A stretch of DNA of 64,000 nucleotides from Granulosicoccus sp. (GCA_045106475.1 JBGCEO010000093.1:100-64099); one strand, 5' to 3'. Counted from the first letter of the stretch, positions 31,012 through 40,966 are shown. Notes: generated by a model from the sequence alone, not told the origin. Numbers and translations: made by a program.

Positions 31012-31824
31012 TCAGCTTTGGCATCGAGAGCAATAGAAAGTCGAGCGTTGCCCCAGCACTTTTTGCTTTATAAGTGTCTTGCATACCCGGCAAGGTTCTC
31101 CCTCGCGTCCATACACTTGTAGTGATTGTGCAAAGTAGCCCGGGTTGCCATCGCTATTAATAAAATCCCGCAGTGTCGTGCCACCTTGTGTAATCGATCG
31201 TTGCAGAACCTTCTTGATTACGTCAGCCAGCAATTGTGCCTCTTTTTTAGTGATGCGCTTAGCTGAGCGTGTCGGGCGAATACCAGCCATAAACAAGGAT
31301 TCGCTGGCATAGATGTTACCCACTCCAACAACTATCGCGCTATTCATAATGAAGTTCTTGATGGCTACGTGTCGTTTTCTAGTGGCCTTGAACAGGTAGT
31401 CGCCGTTAAAGTCATCAGACAGAGGTTCGGGCCCAAGTTTTTCCAGTAGCTTGTGGGTAGGATCACCAGCGGCCTGCCAAAGAAAGCAACCGAAGCGTCG
31501 TGGATCATGAAAGCGCAGTATTGCACCTGATTCGAGTATCAATTCCACATGATCATGCTTACGTCTGTCCTCCTTAGCGTGGCAGATACGCAGGCTTCCA
31601 GACATTCCCAAATGAACTATCGCCGTGCCAGCGGCTACCTCTATCAACAGGTATTTACCCCTTCTGTTGACAGCGCTAACAGTGGCTCCTGCTAAAACAT
31701 GAACATCCTTTGGTACCGGCCATCGCAGTTGCGGATTGTGGATGGTAATCATTTTTATTGCCTTCCCGACCAGGTGTGGTTCTATCCCACGGCGCGTGGT
31801 TTCGACTTCGGGTAACTCAGGCAT
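31012..31824 (-). CDS. mutM: formamidopyrimidine-DNA glycosylase
   Basis: The N-terminus reads MPELPEVE, and the C-terminal zinc finger is CRVC...CSRCQ. The ATG overlaps the stop of the upstream DUF4340 gene (TAATG). Confidence 0.95.
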   Translation of the reverse strand: MPELPEVETTRRGIEPHLVGKAIKMITIHNPQLRWPVPKDVHVLAGATVSAVNRRGKYLLIEVAAGTAIVHLGMSGSLRICHAKEDRRKHDHVELILESGAILRFHDPRRFGCFLWQAAGDPTHKLLEKLGPEPLSDDFNGDYLFKATRKRHVAIKNFIMNSAIVVGVGNIYASESLFMAGIRPTRSAKRITKKEAQLLADVIKKVLQRSITQGGTTLRDFINSDGNPGYFAQSLQVYGREGEPCRVCKTLIKQKVLGQRSTFYCSRCQS

Positions 31825-32618
31825 TAGTGAAAGCTGCTATCTGGCAAGGAATCAGTGCTAAGTATGAAGGCACAATCTTCGTCCTCAAAGCGCAGTGCGG
31901 CAAACTGTTCGTAAGTGTACAACTCCAGTTGTCGATTGACGCCGTCGTGGGTCACCTCAACTGATTGTTCAATCAGCGGAATATCCGATGTTTGCAAAGG
32001 CCAGCTCACGATTTGCTGAGCACTTAAGCTCTGCCACTTTGTGATCGATTCTGTGGGTACATCGAAATGCTGCTTGCTATCGTCGAGTATTTGTATTGAA
32101 CTGATAGGACTATTAAAAACCTGCAACTGTGCAATTGCAGACAATCCACCGTTGATCAGTGACAGGATCCACTCGGGCGCAAACTCGACTCGGTCGTCTC
32201 GCTTGATGTAGCGGCGTTCGCCATTGAGATCGGTATTGCCAACTGAAATTTGACTGTCGTTCAAGAATAAAACAGCCAAAGGATCATTCAGTCCGGCTGC
32301 TTCTAGATCAACCTCGTTTGCGGCATAACTGTGCGTGGTGGGCATCAGTGCACCGAGTAATGGTTCCAGGCGTTGTTGGTTAACTGGCAGTTCGCAAGGT
32401 GCAGTTACCAGCCATTGCTCATCGAGTCGCTGTAATCGAATCTCAGCGTAGTCCGGCCGTTGAATGGTTAGCGTTTGGATCAAATGGGGTGATACTTGTG
32501 AGCTTGTGTTTTTTTTGTTGTCGCTGTAGATAACCGCGCCAATGGCTGCCAATAGCATGAGTAGCCCGGCTCCAAGCAGGATATTCCATCGTAAAAGCAG
32601 TTTATCGTGACTAACCAT
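31824..32618 (-). CDS. DUF4340-like membrane-anchored protein
   Basis: 264 aa with a single N-terminal TM. It is the last gene of the ABC/GldG-type operon, which is the position DUF4340 usually occupies. Confidence 0.5.
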   Translation of the reverse strand: MVSHDKLLLRWNILLGAGLLMLLAAIGAVIYSDNKKNTSSQVSPHLIQTLTIQRPDYAEIRLQRLDEQWLVTAPCELPVNQQRLEPLLGALMPTTHSYAANEVDLEAAGLNDPLAVLFLNDSQISVGNTDLNGERRYIKRDDRVEFAPEWILSLINGGLSAIAQLQVFNSPISSIQILDDSKQHFDVPTESITKWQSLSAQQIVSWPLQTSDIPLIEQSVEVTHDGVNRQLELYTYEQFAALRFEDEDCAFILSTDSLPDSSFH

Positions 32619-32619
32619 T

Positions 32620-33954
32620 TTAAGCGCGGCGTCGCCAACGAATAATCACGGCGATCAGCAGAAGAAGCGTTGGGATGCCTGCAAGATACAGAACTGTTAA
32701 CCCGATAATAGCCGTATTGTTGAGGTTCAGCTCACTATCAGGCGCACGCTCAGTGACGAATTCTAGCGCATCGGCATCACCTGTAAGCCAGAGAAACAGC
32801 GCTTCGAGAAAGGCCTGATTTGCGCCATTTCCGACAAATTGCGATGCGCCCAGGTCGGCATCGCCGATAACAGCAAAGCGCTGCTGTCCCTCGCCTAGAG
32901 CTCTTTCAATGGTGATACCGAGCAACAAGGGCCCTGCAACTTCGTTGGTGTTGCTATCAAATGCTATTGCTCCACTGAGCTCGCCTGTTTCCGTCCAGCT
33001 GGATTCGGGTGTTTGTAAAAGCGGTAGAGTGGTTTGACCAGCCAGCGGCGTGACTGCTATGGCTCTGGCCTGTGGCAACAACACTGGGTTGCTGAGTACA
33101 GAGGTCACGGGATGGGTTGGAAATCGATCAAGCAACACGAAATCAGGTGTAGCAACATCAAGTGCCTGACTTGCAGTATCGATAACGGTGCCAGGCAGTG
33201 TCGTAATGCCCAGATTGTCTGCGATAAGCTGCAGATTGGGACCGCTTGGGCTTTCACTGGGGATTTCGCTTAGCCAAAGTAGGTTGCCTCCGCGTGAAAT
33301 ATAGTCGTTGATGCTGGCTGTTTCACCTGGAAAATAGGGGCGCTTTGGCGCAGCGATAACCAATAGATCAATGCTGTCGTCCAGGTAAGGTTCGCTCACC
33401 AGACTATGCTCTCGGCTCACAAGACCCACACTGGCAAGTCTTTGTGCCATGGTTGACCAGTCGTCATTCGTATTAAGTAGCGGGCTTCGTTCATCGTGTC
33501 CGCTGATGAAAGCTATATCGCGATCCCCTTCTTGAGTGAGTTGGCGCAGACTATTAACCAGGCTTCTTTCAGATAGGTTCTGCAAGCGCTGTTCGCGATT
33601 GGGCGCGCGTAATATCAGTTCACCTCCAGGTGCTGCATCGAGTGCTCGTGCCGCGGCGGGATCTGTTTCTGGATTTATAAAGCGTAAATCAATATCAGGT
33701 TTTATGGCTTGAAAACGTGCAACAAGAGTTTCGACGCCGTTTCGCTGTGCCTGGTCGGGGCCCAGTACGGCAATTAGCTCTACCGGTGTGTTGATCGATG
33801 CGAGTACTTTGTGAGTAGTGGGAGTAAGGCTGTGCCGATCATTGGCTGTTATGTCGAATGCCATGTCGAAGCGCACAGCTAACCAACCCAGCGATAAAAT
33901 GATGCCGGTTAGCAGTATGGACAGAATGATATGAAGGCGGGCTGATCTTTTCAC
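32620..33954 (-). CDS. GldG-like ABC-transporter auxiliary component
   Basis: It has N- and C-terminal TM anchors around a large periplasmic domain, and follows an ABC-2 permease. I place the start at GTG 33954 (MKRSARLHIIL...), 3 nt after the permease stop. The longer track ORF overlaps the permease. Confidence 0.6.
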   Translation of the reverse strand: MKRSARLHIILSILLTGIILSLGWLAVRFDMAFDITANDRHSLTPTTHKVLASINTPVELIAVLGPDQAQRNGVETLVARFQAIKPDIDLRFINPETDPAAARALDAAPGGELILRAPNREQRLQNLSERSLVNSLRQLTQEGDRDIAFISGHDERSPLLNTNDDWSTMAQRLASVGLVSREHSLVSEPYLDDSIDLLVIAAPKRPYFPGETASINDYISRGGNLLWLSEIPSESPSGPNLQLIADNLGITTLPGTVIDTASQALDVATPDFVLLDRFPTHPVTSVLSNPVLLPQARAIAVTPLAGQTTLPLLQTPESSWTETGELSGAIAFDSNTNEVAGPLLLGITIERALGEGQQRFAVIGDADLGASQFVGNGANQAFLEALFLWLTGDADALEFVTERAPDSELNLNNTAIIGLTVLYLAGIPTLLLLIAVIIRWRRRA

Positions 33955-33956
33955 AA

Positions 33957-34709
33957 TCAGCGTCCGTGCTGTCTGAGTGCATCGAGCCTGATGATAGTCA
34001 AGCCGAGAAACAGAGCAGTCATCAGGATAAAGTAGGCCAGATCGGCAGTTCGGATGTAGCCTTGAAAAAAACCGTGCAAATGAGTAGTCAGCGAAAGTGC
34101 GGACAAACTCTGGAAAGCGAAAGTACTGCTGCTTGCACTGCCAATGATCCAAAGGATGAGTAACAAGGCAAGACTTGAAACGATGGCGATCAGACTATGT
34201 TTGGTCAGCGATGAGAAGTAAAGGCCGCAGGCAGTGCAGGCTGCGGTGCACAAGAGCAACCCAAGGCATGCCGTTAGCAACAGCGCTAAATCCAGAACGA
34301 CGAAAGCTCTCATTAAGAACAGCATCATGACGGCTAACAGAACCAGCCCCGCTAAAACACTAAGCACGCCTAGAAATTTACCTATAACCAGGGATGTTGT
34401 ACTGACGGGGGAGGATTGCCAAAGTGCATAGGTCTGTTGTCTGAATTCGTCACTAAAACTTCGCATCGCAAATAGCGGTGCTACCAGTGTAAAGGCCAGA
34501 GCAAGCGGCTCAAGATAGCGCACACTCATGAATCCGCTTAGACCGGTTGGGTGATCCTGTATGGCCAGTTGAGCTTGAACATCGATGAACACTTCAAGCT
34601 GTCGTAGGAAGAGATAACCAAATAGTCCGGCCAGCAAGGCTGCCATCGTCCAGGTTTGCCCGCTGCGAAGCAAGGTGGTGCACTCATGCCTGGCAACAAC
34701 CGTAATCAT
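33957..34709 (-). CDS. ABC-2 type transporter permease
   Basis: 250 aa with 6 TM helices. It overlaps the ATPase gene by 4 nt. Confidence 0.75.
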   Translation of the reverse strand: MITVVARHECTTLLRSGQTWTMAALLAGLFGYLFLRQLEVFIDVQAQLAIQDHPTGLSGFMSVRYLEPLALAFTLVAPLFAMRSFSDEFRQQTYALWQSSPVSTTSLVIGKFLGVLSVLAGLVLLAVMMLFLMRAFVVLDLALLLTACLGLLLCTAACTACGLYFSSLTKHSLIAIVSSLALLLILWIIGSASSSTFAFQSLSALSLTTHLHGFFQGYIRTADLAYFILMTALFLGLTIIRLDALRQHGR

Positions 34710-35440
34710 GTTGTTGCTCCGTGAAACAGGATTTCCAGGTCGTCTCCGTTGGCTGGCCTGTCAGCGACTAGCCTGCCATCATGAATGATGGCGATCCGAT
34801 TGCAGGTAGCCTTGGCTTCGGATAACAGATGTGTGGAAAACAGAATTGATTGATCCTGGCCTACCTGCCTTATCAGATTTCTCATGCTTTCCATCTGTTG
34901 TGGATCCAGTCCGTTGCTCGGCTCATCCAGCAGTACAACGGCAGGTTCGTGAATCAGTGCCTGAGCAAGCCCCACTCTTTGTTTGTAGCCTTTGGACAAG
35001 CTGCCTATTAATTGTTTGCTCACCTCTCCGAGGCTGCATTGGTCAGTTACTCTCGTCAATCGATTGCTCAGGTCAGGCTCTTTTAAACCACGTATGCGCC
35101 CGGCCAACTTCAGGTATTCATTGACACGCATGTTGGTGTAAAGCGGCGGTTGATCAGGCAGGTAGCCCACGTGTGCGCGAGCACGCAGCGGTGAATCAGT
35201 CATCGAGTAGCCGTTTATGCTGACCGAACCACTATCAGGGACCAGAATGCCGCACAGCATGCGCAGCGTGGACGACTTGCCAGCCCCGTTCAGCCCCAAT
35301 AGTCCCAATACATCGCCGCGTTTTAATTCCAGTGACAGGTCCTGGACACTGGAGGACTCGCTCAGACGGCGAGTGAGCCCGTGAGCTTCCAGTAAAATCT
35401 CCGACGTTTTGGAGCTTTCTTCATTAGCGGAGACAGACAT
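34706..35440 (-). CDS. ABC transporter ATP-binding protein
   Basis: Walker A is GLNGAGKSS, the signature is LSKGYKQRV, and Walker B is VVLLDEPSNGLD. Confidence 0.9.
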   Translation of the reverse strand: MSVSANEESSKTSEILLEAHGLTRRLSESSSVQDLSLELKRGDVLGLLGLNGAGKSSTLRMLCGILVPDSGSVSINGYSMTDSPLRARAHVGYLPDQPPLYTNMRVNEYLKLAGRIRGLKEPDLSNRLTRVTDQCSLGEVSKQLIGSLSKGYKQRVGLAQALIHEPAVVLLDEPSNGLDPQQMESMRNLIRQVGQDQSILFSTHLLSEAKATCNRIAIIHDGRLVADRPANGDDLEILFHGATT

Positions 35441-35582
35441 GTCGGTGATATAGAACCCTGTAGGTACTTTCGGTTGCTGCGGGTGCGCACAGGAGTATAG
35501 AGCAGCAACTAATCAGGGGTTAGCTCTGCAGCAGTTGTGCCTAAGTCGTATCAGACGTGTAAAGAGCTTTATTACCTGATCT

Positions 35583-36857
35583 GTGCAGTCGGCTTTGACC
35601 ATGATGTGTCACCCCATTGACGAGCTGATTGTGTATGGTGTGTGCCGTAAATTAAAAAACAGAGAGGTATTGAGCTTGTTCCTTCTTGGTATTTGGGATG
35701 TATCAGTCTGGACACTTGTGGCATGGACGGCTGTGAGCTGTCATATCACCTTGCTGGCGGTGACCGTTTATCTGCATCGAAGCCAGGCCCATCGAGCGGT
35801 TGACCTTCATCCGTGTCTGCAGCATTTCTTTCGATTCTGGCTGTGGTTGACAACTGGCATGATCACCAAGGAGTGGGTTTCAGTACATAGAAAACACCAT
35901 GCACGCTGTGAGGGTCCCGAAGATCCGCATAGTCCGCAGATTTATGGCATCAAAAAGGTTTTGCTCGAAGGTGCTGAGCTGTACCGCGAAGCCGCTGCGG
36001 ATTCAGAAATCTTGTCCAAATTTGGACATGGCACACCGGATGACTGGGTTGAGCGCAATGTGTATAGCCGGTTTAATACGCTTGGGGTCGCCATGCTGGC
36101 CATCACCGAGTTTGCCCTGTTCGGTCTGGCTGGCATTGCAGTTTTCGCTATTCAGATGCTCTGTGTGCCAGTGCTAGCCGCCGGCATCATAAATGGCCTT
36201 GCTCATTTCTGGGGCTATCGAAATTTCGAAACTGATGATGCGGCAACCAACTTAACGCCCATTGCAGCGATCATCTGTGGTGAGGAGCTGCACAATAATC
36301 ACCACGCCTATCCGTCTTCGGCGCGTTTTTCATTGCGCAAATGGGAGTTGGATCTAGGGTGGGTCTACCTTCGTCTGTTTAGCTTTTTGCGCCTGGCCAA
36401 AATCCGCAGAGTAGCACCCAGACCTCACTTTGATTCAGAGAAGACAGTGATGGACGTGGAGACGGTCAAGGCGATTATTTCCAGTCGCCTGCATGTCATG
36501 GAAAGCTACGCTCGTAAGGTAGTCAAGCCTGTCCATGCGACAGAGCTCAAGGCAGCTCCGCAGCACCGAAGAACCTTGAGGCGCGCAGCGGGTGACTTGA
36601 TAAAGGTAGATCATCTGCTTGATGAGGCGGCTCGGTTGAGGGTATCTGCCGCATTGGCAAGTAGCGAAAGCTTGAACACTGTTTACCAGCTACAGGACGA
36701 GTTACAGGCCATCTGGCAAAAAGCCGGCGCTAGCCAGGAAGCATTACTTGTCGCGCTGCAGGACTGGTGTAAGGAGGCCGAGGCAACTGGCATCGATTGC
36801 CTGGAAGAATTTGCGCTGAGACTACAGGGTTATCAGCTCAAACCCTTTAATGGCTGA
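35583..36857 (+). CDS. membrane acyl-CoA/acyl-lipid delta-9 fatty acid desaturase (DesA-like)
   Basis: Three His boxes are present: HRSQAHR, HRKHHARCE and HNNHHAY. The true start is probably downstream of 35583, near LSLFLLGIWDVS. It has a long non-catalytic C-terminal region. Confidence 0.8.
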   Translation: MQSALTMMCHPIDELIVYGVCRKLKNREVLSLFLLGIWDVSVWTLVAWTAVSCHITLLAVTVYLHRSQAHRAVDLHPCLQHFFRFWLWLTTGMITKEWVSVHRKHHARCEGPEDPHSPQIYGIKKVLLEGAELYREAAADSEILSKFGHGTPDDWVERNVYSRFNTLGVAMLAITEFALFGLAGIAVFAIQMLCVPVLAAGIINGLAHFWGYRNFETDDAATNLTPIAAIICGEELHNNHHAYPSSARFSLRKWELDLGWVYLRLFSFLRLAKIRRVAPRPHFDSEKTVMDVETVKAIISSRLHVMESYARKVVKPVHATELKAAPQHRRTLRRAAGDLIKVDHLLDEAARLRVSAALASSESLNTVYQLQDELQAIWQKAGASQEALLVALQDWCKEAEATGIDCLEEFALRLQGYQLKPFNG

Positions 36858-36874
36858 CCTTGAATTGCAAGCAC

Positions 36875-36906
36875 AAAAAAGCCCGGATCTACCGGGCCTT
36901 TTTTTG
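36875..36906. terminator. bidirectional rho-independent terminator (desaturase / rpmBG)
   Basis: AAAAAA, GCCCGG (36881-36886), loop ATCTA, CCGGGC, then TTTTTTT. It has an A-run and a T-run on opposite sides. Confidence 0.8.
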
Positions 36907-36990
36907 CCTGATCGGGTCGCCCTGATGGGGTCAGCCTGACCGGGTTAACCTGCCGGGGTCCAACATGACCCGGTCAACCTAAACAGGCTG
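36906..36990. repeat. 5-6 degenerate tandem copies of a ~14-bp unit (plus-strand consensus nCCTGAYSGGGTCn)
   Basis: Read directly: gCCTGATCGGGTCg / cCCTGATGGGGTCa / gCCTGACCGGGTTa / aCCTGCCGGGGTCc / aaCATGACCCGGTCa / aCCTAAACAGGCTg. The array lies between the rpmG stop (36991) and the terminator. Confidence 0.7.
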
Positions 36991-37146
36991 TTACTTGATC
37001 TTTGCTTCCTTGTACATCACGTGTTTGCGTACAACTGGGTCGAACTTTTTCATTTCAAGCTTTCCAGTCATGGTGCGCTTGTTTTTGGACGTGGTGTAGA
37101 AATGCCCTGTGCCTGCTGAAGACACTAGCTTGATCTTATCTCTCAT
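36991..37146 (-). CDS. rpmG: 50S ribosomal protein L33
   Basis: My own translation (below the track cut-off) gives [51 protein letters not shown]. It lies 35 nt downstream of rpmB. Confidence 0.95.
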   Translation of the reverse strand: MRDKIKLVSSAGTGHFYTTSKNKRTMTGKLEMKKFDPVVRKHVMYKEAKIK

Positions 37147-37181
37147 GATTTAGCTTCTCGAGTTCTGTGAAGGCGGGCGGG

Positions 37182-37418
37182 TTAAACTTTCTCGCCACGA
37201 GCACGCAGCTCGGAGAGAACCGTATCGATACCGCGCTTATCAATGATTCGCATTCCGTTCGAAGAGACTCGCAGGGAAACGAAACGTTTTTCAGCCGCGA
37301 CCCAAAAACGATGGGTGTGAAGATTGGGCAAAAAACGACGCCGACGCCTATTCTTGGCGTGCGACACGTTGTTACCTGACATTGGGGCTTTGCCGGTGAC
37401 CTGGCACACTCTGGACAT
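37182..37418 (-). CDS. rpmB: 50S ribosomal protein L28
   Basis: 78 aa, reading [33 protein letters not shown]. Confidence 0.97.
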   Translation of the reverse strand: MSRVCQVTGKAPMSGNNVSHAKNRRRRRFLPNLHTHRFWVAAEKRFVSLRVSSNGMRIIDKRGIDTVLSELRARGEKV

Positions 37419-37545
37419 GCGAAACTACTCCGAATTGGTACTTGTACACTTGTACAATGCTTAGCCTGAGAAGTGTAGCGAATTTCTGGCCAACCCTCAA
37501 GCGATGGGGGTGCACTATTTTCTAGAGATCAACCTGGATTGCACT

Positions 37546-37908
37546 ATGGACCGCATTTTTATCACGGATCTGACCGTTGAGACCATCATCGGAATTTATG
37601 ACTGGGAGCGGAAAACCCGGCAAAGGGTGGTGCTGGACCTGGAAATGTCGGCAGATATTGCAGAAGCAGCCCAATCGGAAAACATCGAATCCACGCTTAA
37701 TTACAAGACACTATCGGAGAGTCTGGTTGATTTCATTGAAAAAAGTGAGTTTCAGCTGATCGAGACCATGGCCGAGCGGGTATGCGAGATCATTCGACAG
37801 GATTTTGGGGTTCAATGGGTCAAGTTGACACTGCACAAGCCCGATGCCTTGCCGGGCGGAACTGATGTGGGTGTCATGATCGAAAGGGGAGCGCGCCCCG
37901 ATGCTTGA
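37546..37908 (+). CDS. folB: dihydroneopterin aldolase
   Basis: From the internal ATG 37546 it reads MDRIFITDLTVETIIGIYDWERKTRQRVVLDLEM, followed by NYKTLSE. 120 aa. Confidence 0.9.
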   Translation: MDRIFITDLTVETIIGIYDWERKTRQRVVLDLEMSADIAEAAQSENIESTLNYKTLSESLVDFIEKSEFQLIETMAERVCEIIRQDFGVQWVKLTLHKPDALPGGTDVGVMIERGARPDA

Positions 37909-37939
37909 GGCACTAATACTGACGGCGGGTCAATAATTA

Positions 37940-39115
37940 GTGGTTGCTGAATCGGCATTGCCAGAGCCGGATAGCGTTTCACTGGCTCATAGCAACAAGC
38001 TTGTAGATCTGATCAAACAACGGATTTCCGGCGCTGGTGGCCGCATCTCCTTTGCCGATTTCATGACGCATGCGTTGTATGAACCCGGGCTAGGGTATTA
38101 CATGGCCGGCGCCACCAAGTTTGGCAGCCAAGGGGATTTCGTTACTGCACCTGAAATTACCCCCTTGTTTGGCGCTGCCGTGGCGGTTCAGCTGCGTGAA
38201 GTGCTAGAGAGGGTTGGTGGCGGGATTCTCGAATTGGGCGCTGGCAGTGGCAGCTTGGCGTTAAGCATACTGAAGGCTATGGATGATATCGGTGATCTGA
38301 AGTACACCATTCTTGAGCCGAGTGCAGAGTTGCGCCAGCGCCAGCGGCAGTTGCTTGCAACTGCGCTTAGCCCGGCTCAGCTCGATCGCGTTAACTGGAT
38401 TAGCGCATTACCTGAAGATTTTATCGGCGTGATCGTGGCCAATGAAGTGATGGACGCACTGCCAGTTGAACGATTCAGCGTGATCAATTCGTCCGATAGG
38501 TTGCAACAGCTTCTGGTATCAAGCGAATTCAAAACGGTTGAGCGCGCAAGCCAGGGTGCATTGTCAGCTGCAATTGCTGCAATTGAAGCTGACCTGGCTG
38601 AGCCCCTGGCTCCAGGCTATCAATCGGAAGTGTGCTTGCTGCTAAAGCCGTGGATAAGCAGTCTTGCTAAAAGCATGAATAAAGGCGTTCTGCTAGTGAT
38701 CGATTACGGTTATCCACGTCGCGAGTATTATCTGCCTGAGCGCACCCGAGGCACCTTAGCCTGTTACTACCGGCATCGTGCACATGACGATGCGTTTCAA
38801 TGGCCGGGTCTTCAGGACATTACAGCCCATGTGGATTTTACCAGTGTCGCCGAGGCAGCCGCATTGGCTGATCTCGAGCTACTTGGCTACGCGACGCAAT
38901 CTGCCTTCCTGCTGGACAATGATCTATTGGTTTTGGCAGAGGCCTTAGGCGAGCAGCTAAAAAGTGATGCAGATCGCATAGCCGTGGCACGGGCGATAAA
39001 AACACTGACGCTACCTGGTGAAATGGGCGAACGCTTTCAAGTAATGGCTCTTGGCAAAGGCTATGATCACGCGCTGCGAGGTTTTGCCACACAAGACCTT
39101 GCGCATCGTTTGTAA
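37940..39115 (+). CDS. MidA/NDUFAF7-like (DUF185) SAM-dependent methyltransferase
   Basis: 391 aa with a GTG start. GDFVTAPEITPLFG, ILELGAGSGSLA and NEVMDALPVE are present. Confidence 0.8.
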   Translation: MVAESALPEPDSVSLAHSNKLVDLIKQRISGAGGRISFADFMTHALYEPGLGYYMAGATKFGSQGDFVTAPEITPLFGAAVAVQLREVLERVGGGILELGAGSGSLALSILKAMDDIGDLKYTILEPSAELRQRQRQLLATALSPAQLDRVNWISALPEDFIGVIVANEVMDALPVERFSVINSSDRLQQLLVSSEFKTVERASQGALSAAIAAIEADLAEPLAPGYQSEVCLLLKPWISSLAKSMNKGVLLVIDYGYPRREYYLPERTRGTLACYYRHRAHDDAFQWPGLQDITAHVDFTSVAEAAALADLELLGYATQSAFLLDNDLLVLAEALGEQLKSDADRIAVARAIKTLTLPGEMGERFQVMALGKGYDHALRGFATQDLAHRL

Positions 39116-39219
39116 TGCTTTTGCTATTCAAGAGCCTGGTGAGCGCACATACAGCCGCTTTTTAGGGCCGTCGCACTAACCCGGTTTTACACCAACGCAT
39201 CGAGTAACCTTACGTATCC

Positions 39220-40017
39220 ATGGAATTGACACACATAATCTGGCTGGCCCTGGTGCAGGGTTTAACAGAGTTTTTGCCCGTATCGAGTTCAGCACATTTG
39301 ATACTGGTACCTCGTTTGCTCGAGTGGCCCGATCAAGGCCTGGCCTTTGATGTTGCAGTGCATCTGGGCACCTTGATAGCCGTCGTTGCTTTTTTTCGAC
39401 GTGATATCGTGACTCTGTTTATAGCCTGGCTTAGCTCTATGACTCAGCGTGTCATGACTGCTGAAGCGCGACTGGCCTGGGGCGTTGTTTTGGGGACCAT
39501 TCCGGCTGGACTGGTTGGTTTAGCATTCAAGGACGTAATCGAGGTGCATTTGCGCTCACCCCTGGTGATCGCTGCCACCACCATTGTCTTCGGTTTATTG
39601 CTGTGGTTAGCAGATCATCGCAGTCGGCTTGAGCGTGACGAGTACACGCTAAATTGGCAGGATTTTCTGGTGATCGGCGCTGCACAAGCGATGGCATTAA
39701 TACCGGGTACGTCTCGATCAGGGATTACCATTACGGCAGGATTGTTACTGGGGCTTACACGTGAAGCTGCAGCGCGTTATTCGTTCCTACTCTCCATACC
39801 TATTATCGTGCTATCAGGTTTGGGTGTGACCGGTGACTTACTGGGTAGTACCGACCCAGTCGACTGGACAACCTTACTTATCGGTACCGTGATTGCCGCC
39901 ATTAGTGCGTTTGTATGCATTCATTATTTTCTTGCATTCATCAATCGTATGGGCATGACACCGTTTGTTATCTATAGATTACTGTTGGGCGCATTGCTGC
40001 TATGGGTATTCTTATAA
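39220..40017 (+). CDS. uppP: undecaprenyl-diphosphate phosphatase
   Basis: [14 protein letters not shown] and [10 protein letters not shown] are present, with 8 TM helices. Confidence 0.95.
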   Translation: MELTHIIWLALVQGLTEFLPVSSSAHLILVPRLLEWPDQGLAFDVAVHLGTLIAVVAFFRRDIVTLFIAWLSSMTQRVMTAEARLAWGVVLGTIPAGLVGLAFKDVIEVHLRSPLVIAATTIVFGLLLWLADHRSRLERDEYTLNWQDFLVIGAAQAMALIPGTSRSGITITAGLLLGLTREAAARYSFLLSIPIIVLSGLGVTGDLLGSTDPVDWTTLLIGTVIAAISAFVCIHYFLAFINRMGMTPFVIYRLLLGALLLWVFL

Positions 40018-40053
40018 AGCGTTGATGCTTTATTAAGAACAGGCTAATCGACT

Positions 40054-40491
40054 CTATGGTGTAGGTACGTCAAGTTCAAAGAGCTTGCCGCCCAGGCCGT
40101 GAACCGAATCGTTGGCCTGCAACGTGATCTTGCTTATACCGTTTGGTATCTCAAGCGTTAATGATCGGGTAAATGGCTGTTCGTTTTCGTGCGGATGAGC
40201 TAATTTTCGACTACCGAGAATGGTGCCGTCGGGTGCCAGCACGTCCCAGCGATCAGCGTAGTGCTCCCAGCCCTCATCGGCATGTAAAACTGTTGCATCG
40301 ATTCTGTATCTCCCATCGCCAAGAGGTGTAATGGTTGCGCCCACTACGTCTGCCTCACCTGCTATTGCCTGGCTGCTGAATAAAGACAGCGCTGCCAACA
40401 TAATGGCTGCGAACAACAATGCCGCCACAGGCCATCGGGAAAATTGTCGATTTTCGTCCAAAAAAAGAATAGCGCTGGTCTGCTCAGTCAT
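40054..40491 (-). CDS. exported hypothetical protein with His-rich motifs
   Basis: 145 aa. It has a signal-peptide-like segment (AALLFAAIMLAALSLFSSQAIA/GE). The mature part contains HADEGWEHYADRW and HPHENEQPF. I recognise no family. Confidence 0.5.
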   Translation of the reverse strand: MTEQTSAILFLDENRQFSRWPVAALLFAAIMLAALSLFSSQAIAGEADVVGATITPLGDGRYRIDATVLHADEGWEHYADRWDVLAPDGTILGSRKLAHPHENEQPFTRSLTLEIPNGISKITLQANDSVHGLGGKLFELDVPTP

Positions 40492-40633
40492 AACTGGTTC
40501 CTTGCTTAGGTAACTATTGATGCGTTTACTATACGTTTTTCATCTTTTTTAGTGCAACATAGATCAGAACAAGTGCTGTAGAGTTTTGCACTTCGTCTCC
40601 TGACTATATCCACATCGGTGGCAATCTAAGTTC

Positions 40634-40966
40634 ATGACATCGCGTTTTTCGGAAGATTCCCCAACAGTCGGTCCTGTGATGCAATTCTCATTGCTTTTAG
40701 TGCCAATTGTCATGAATTGCTTTTTCATGGTGTATTCCTTGGTGGGTTGGATACTGGAAGGTCGGGATAAGTTGAACTGGTCGCTCGAAGCAGAGTCAGT
40801 TGCTGTATGGGTCTGCATAGGGATACTGGTATTTTGTGCCCTGGTCGTACTCTACACACGTATACGTGGAGGGCGGCGTTGGCATCCCTTGATAGTTTCA
40901 AGTGTTGGTCACACTGTAGTTGCCTTGCTGCTCACACTCTCGGTGTTTATAACAGTACGGCTATAG
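40634..40966 (+). CDS. hypothetical 3-TM small membrane protein
   Basis: 110 aa with three clear hydrophobic helices, in an AT-richer patch. It overlaps an antisense 84-aa ORF. I prefer the plus frame because of the TM periodicity and because it runs the same direction as the vanZ-like gene. Confidence 0.4.
   Translation: MTSRFSEDSPTVGPVMQFSLLLVPIVMNCFFMVYSLVGWILEGRDKLNWSLEAESVAVWVCIGILVFCALVVLYTRIRGGRRWHPLIVSSVGHTVVALLLTLSVFITVRL

Noticed and set aside
36906-36990. I considered whether the tandem repeats could be a CRISPR array or a coding repeat.
   Set aside because: The period is only about 14 nt with no spacers, the copies are degenerate, there are no cas genes, and the period is not a multiple of three. 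I kept it as a non-coding repeat finding instead.
40564-40818. An 84-aa minus-strand ORF. I considered its internal Met product, a Cys-containing 54-mer, as a possible precursor peptide.
   Set aside because: It overlaps a plus-strand ORF with three convincing TM helices. No maturation or modification enzyme genes are nearby. I kept it only as a note within the AT-rich patch finding.
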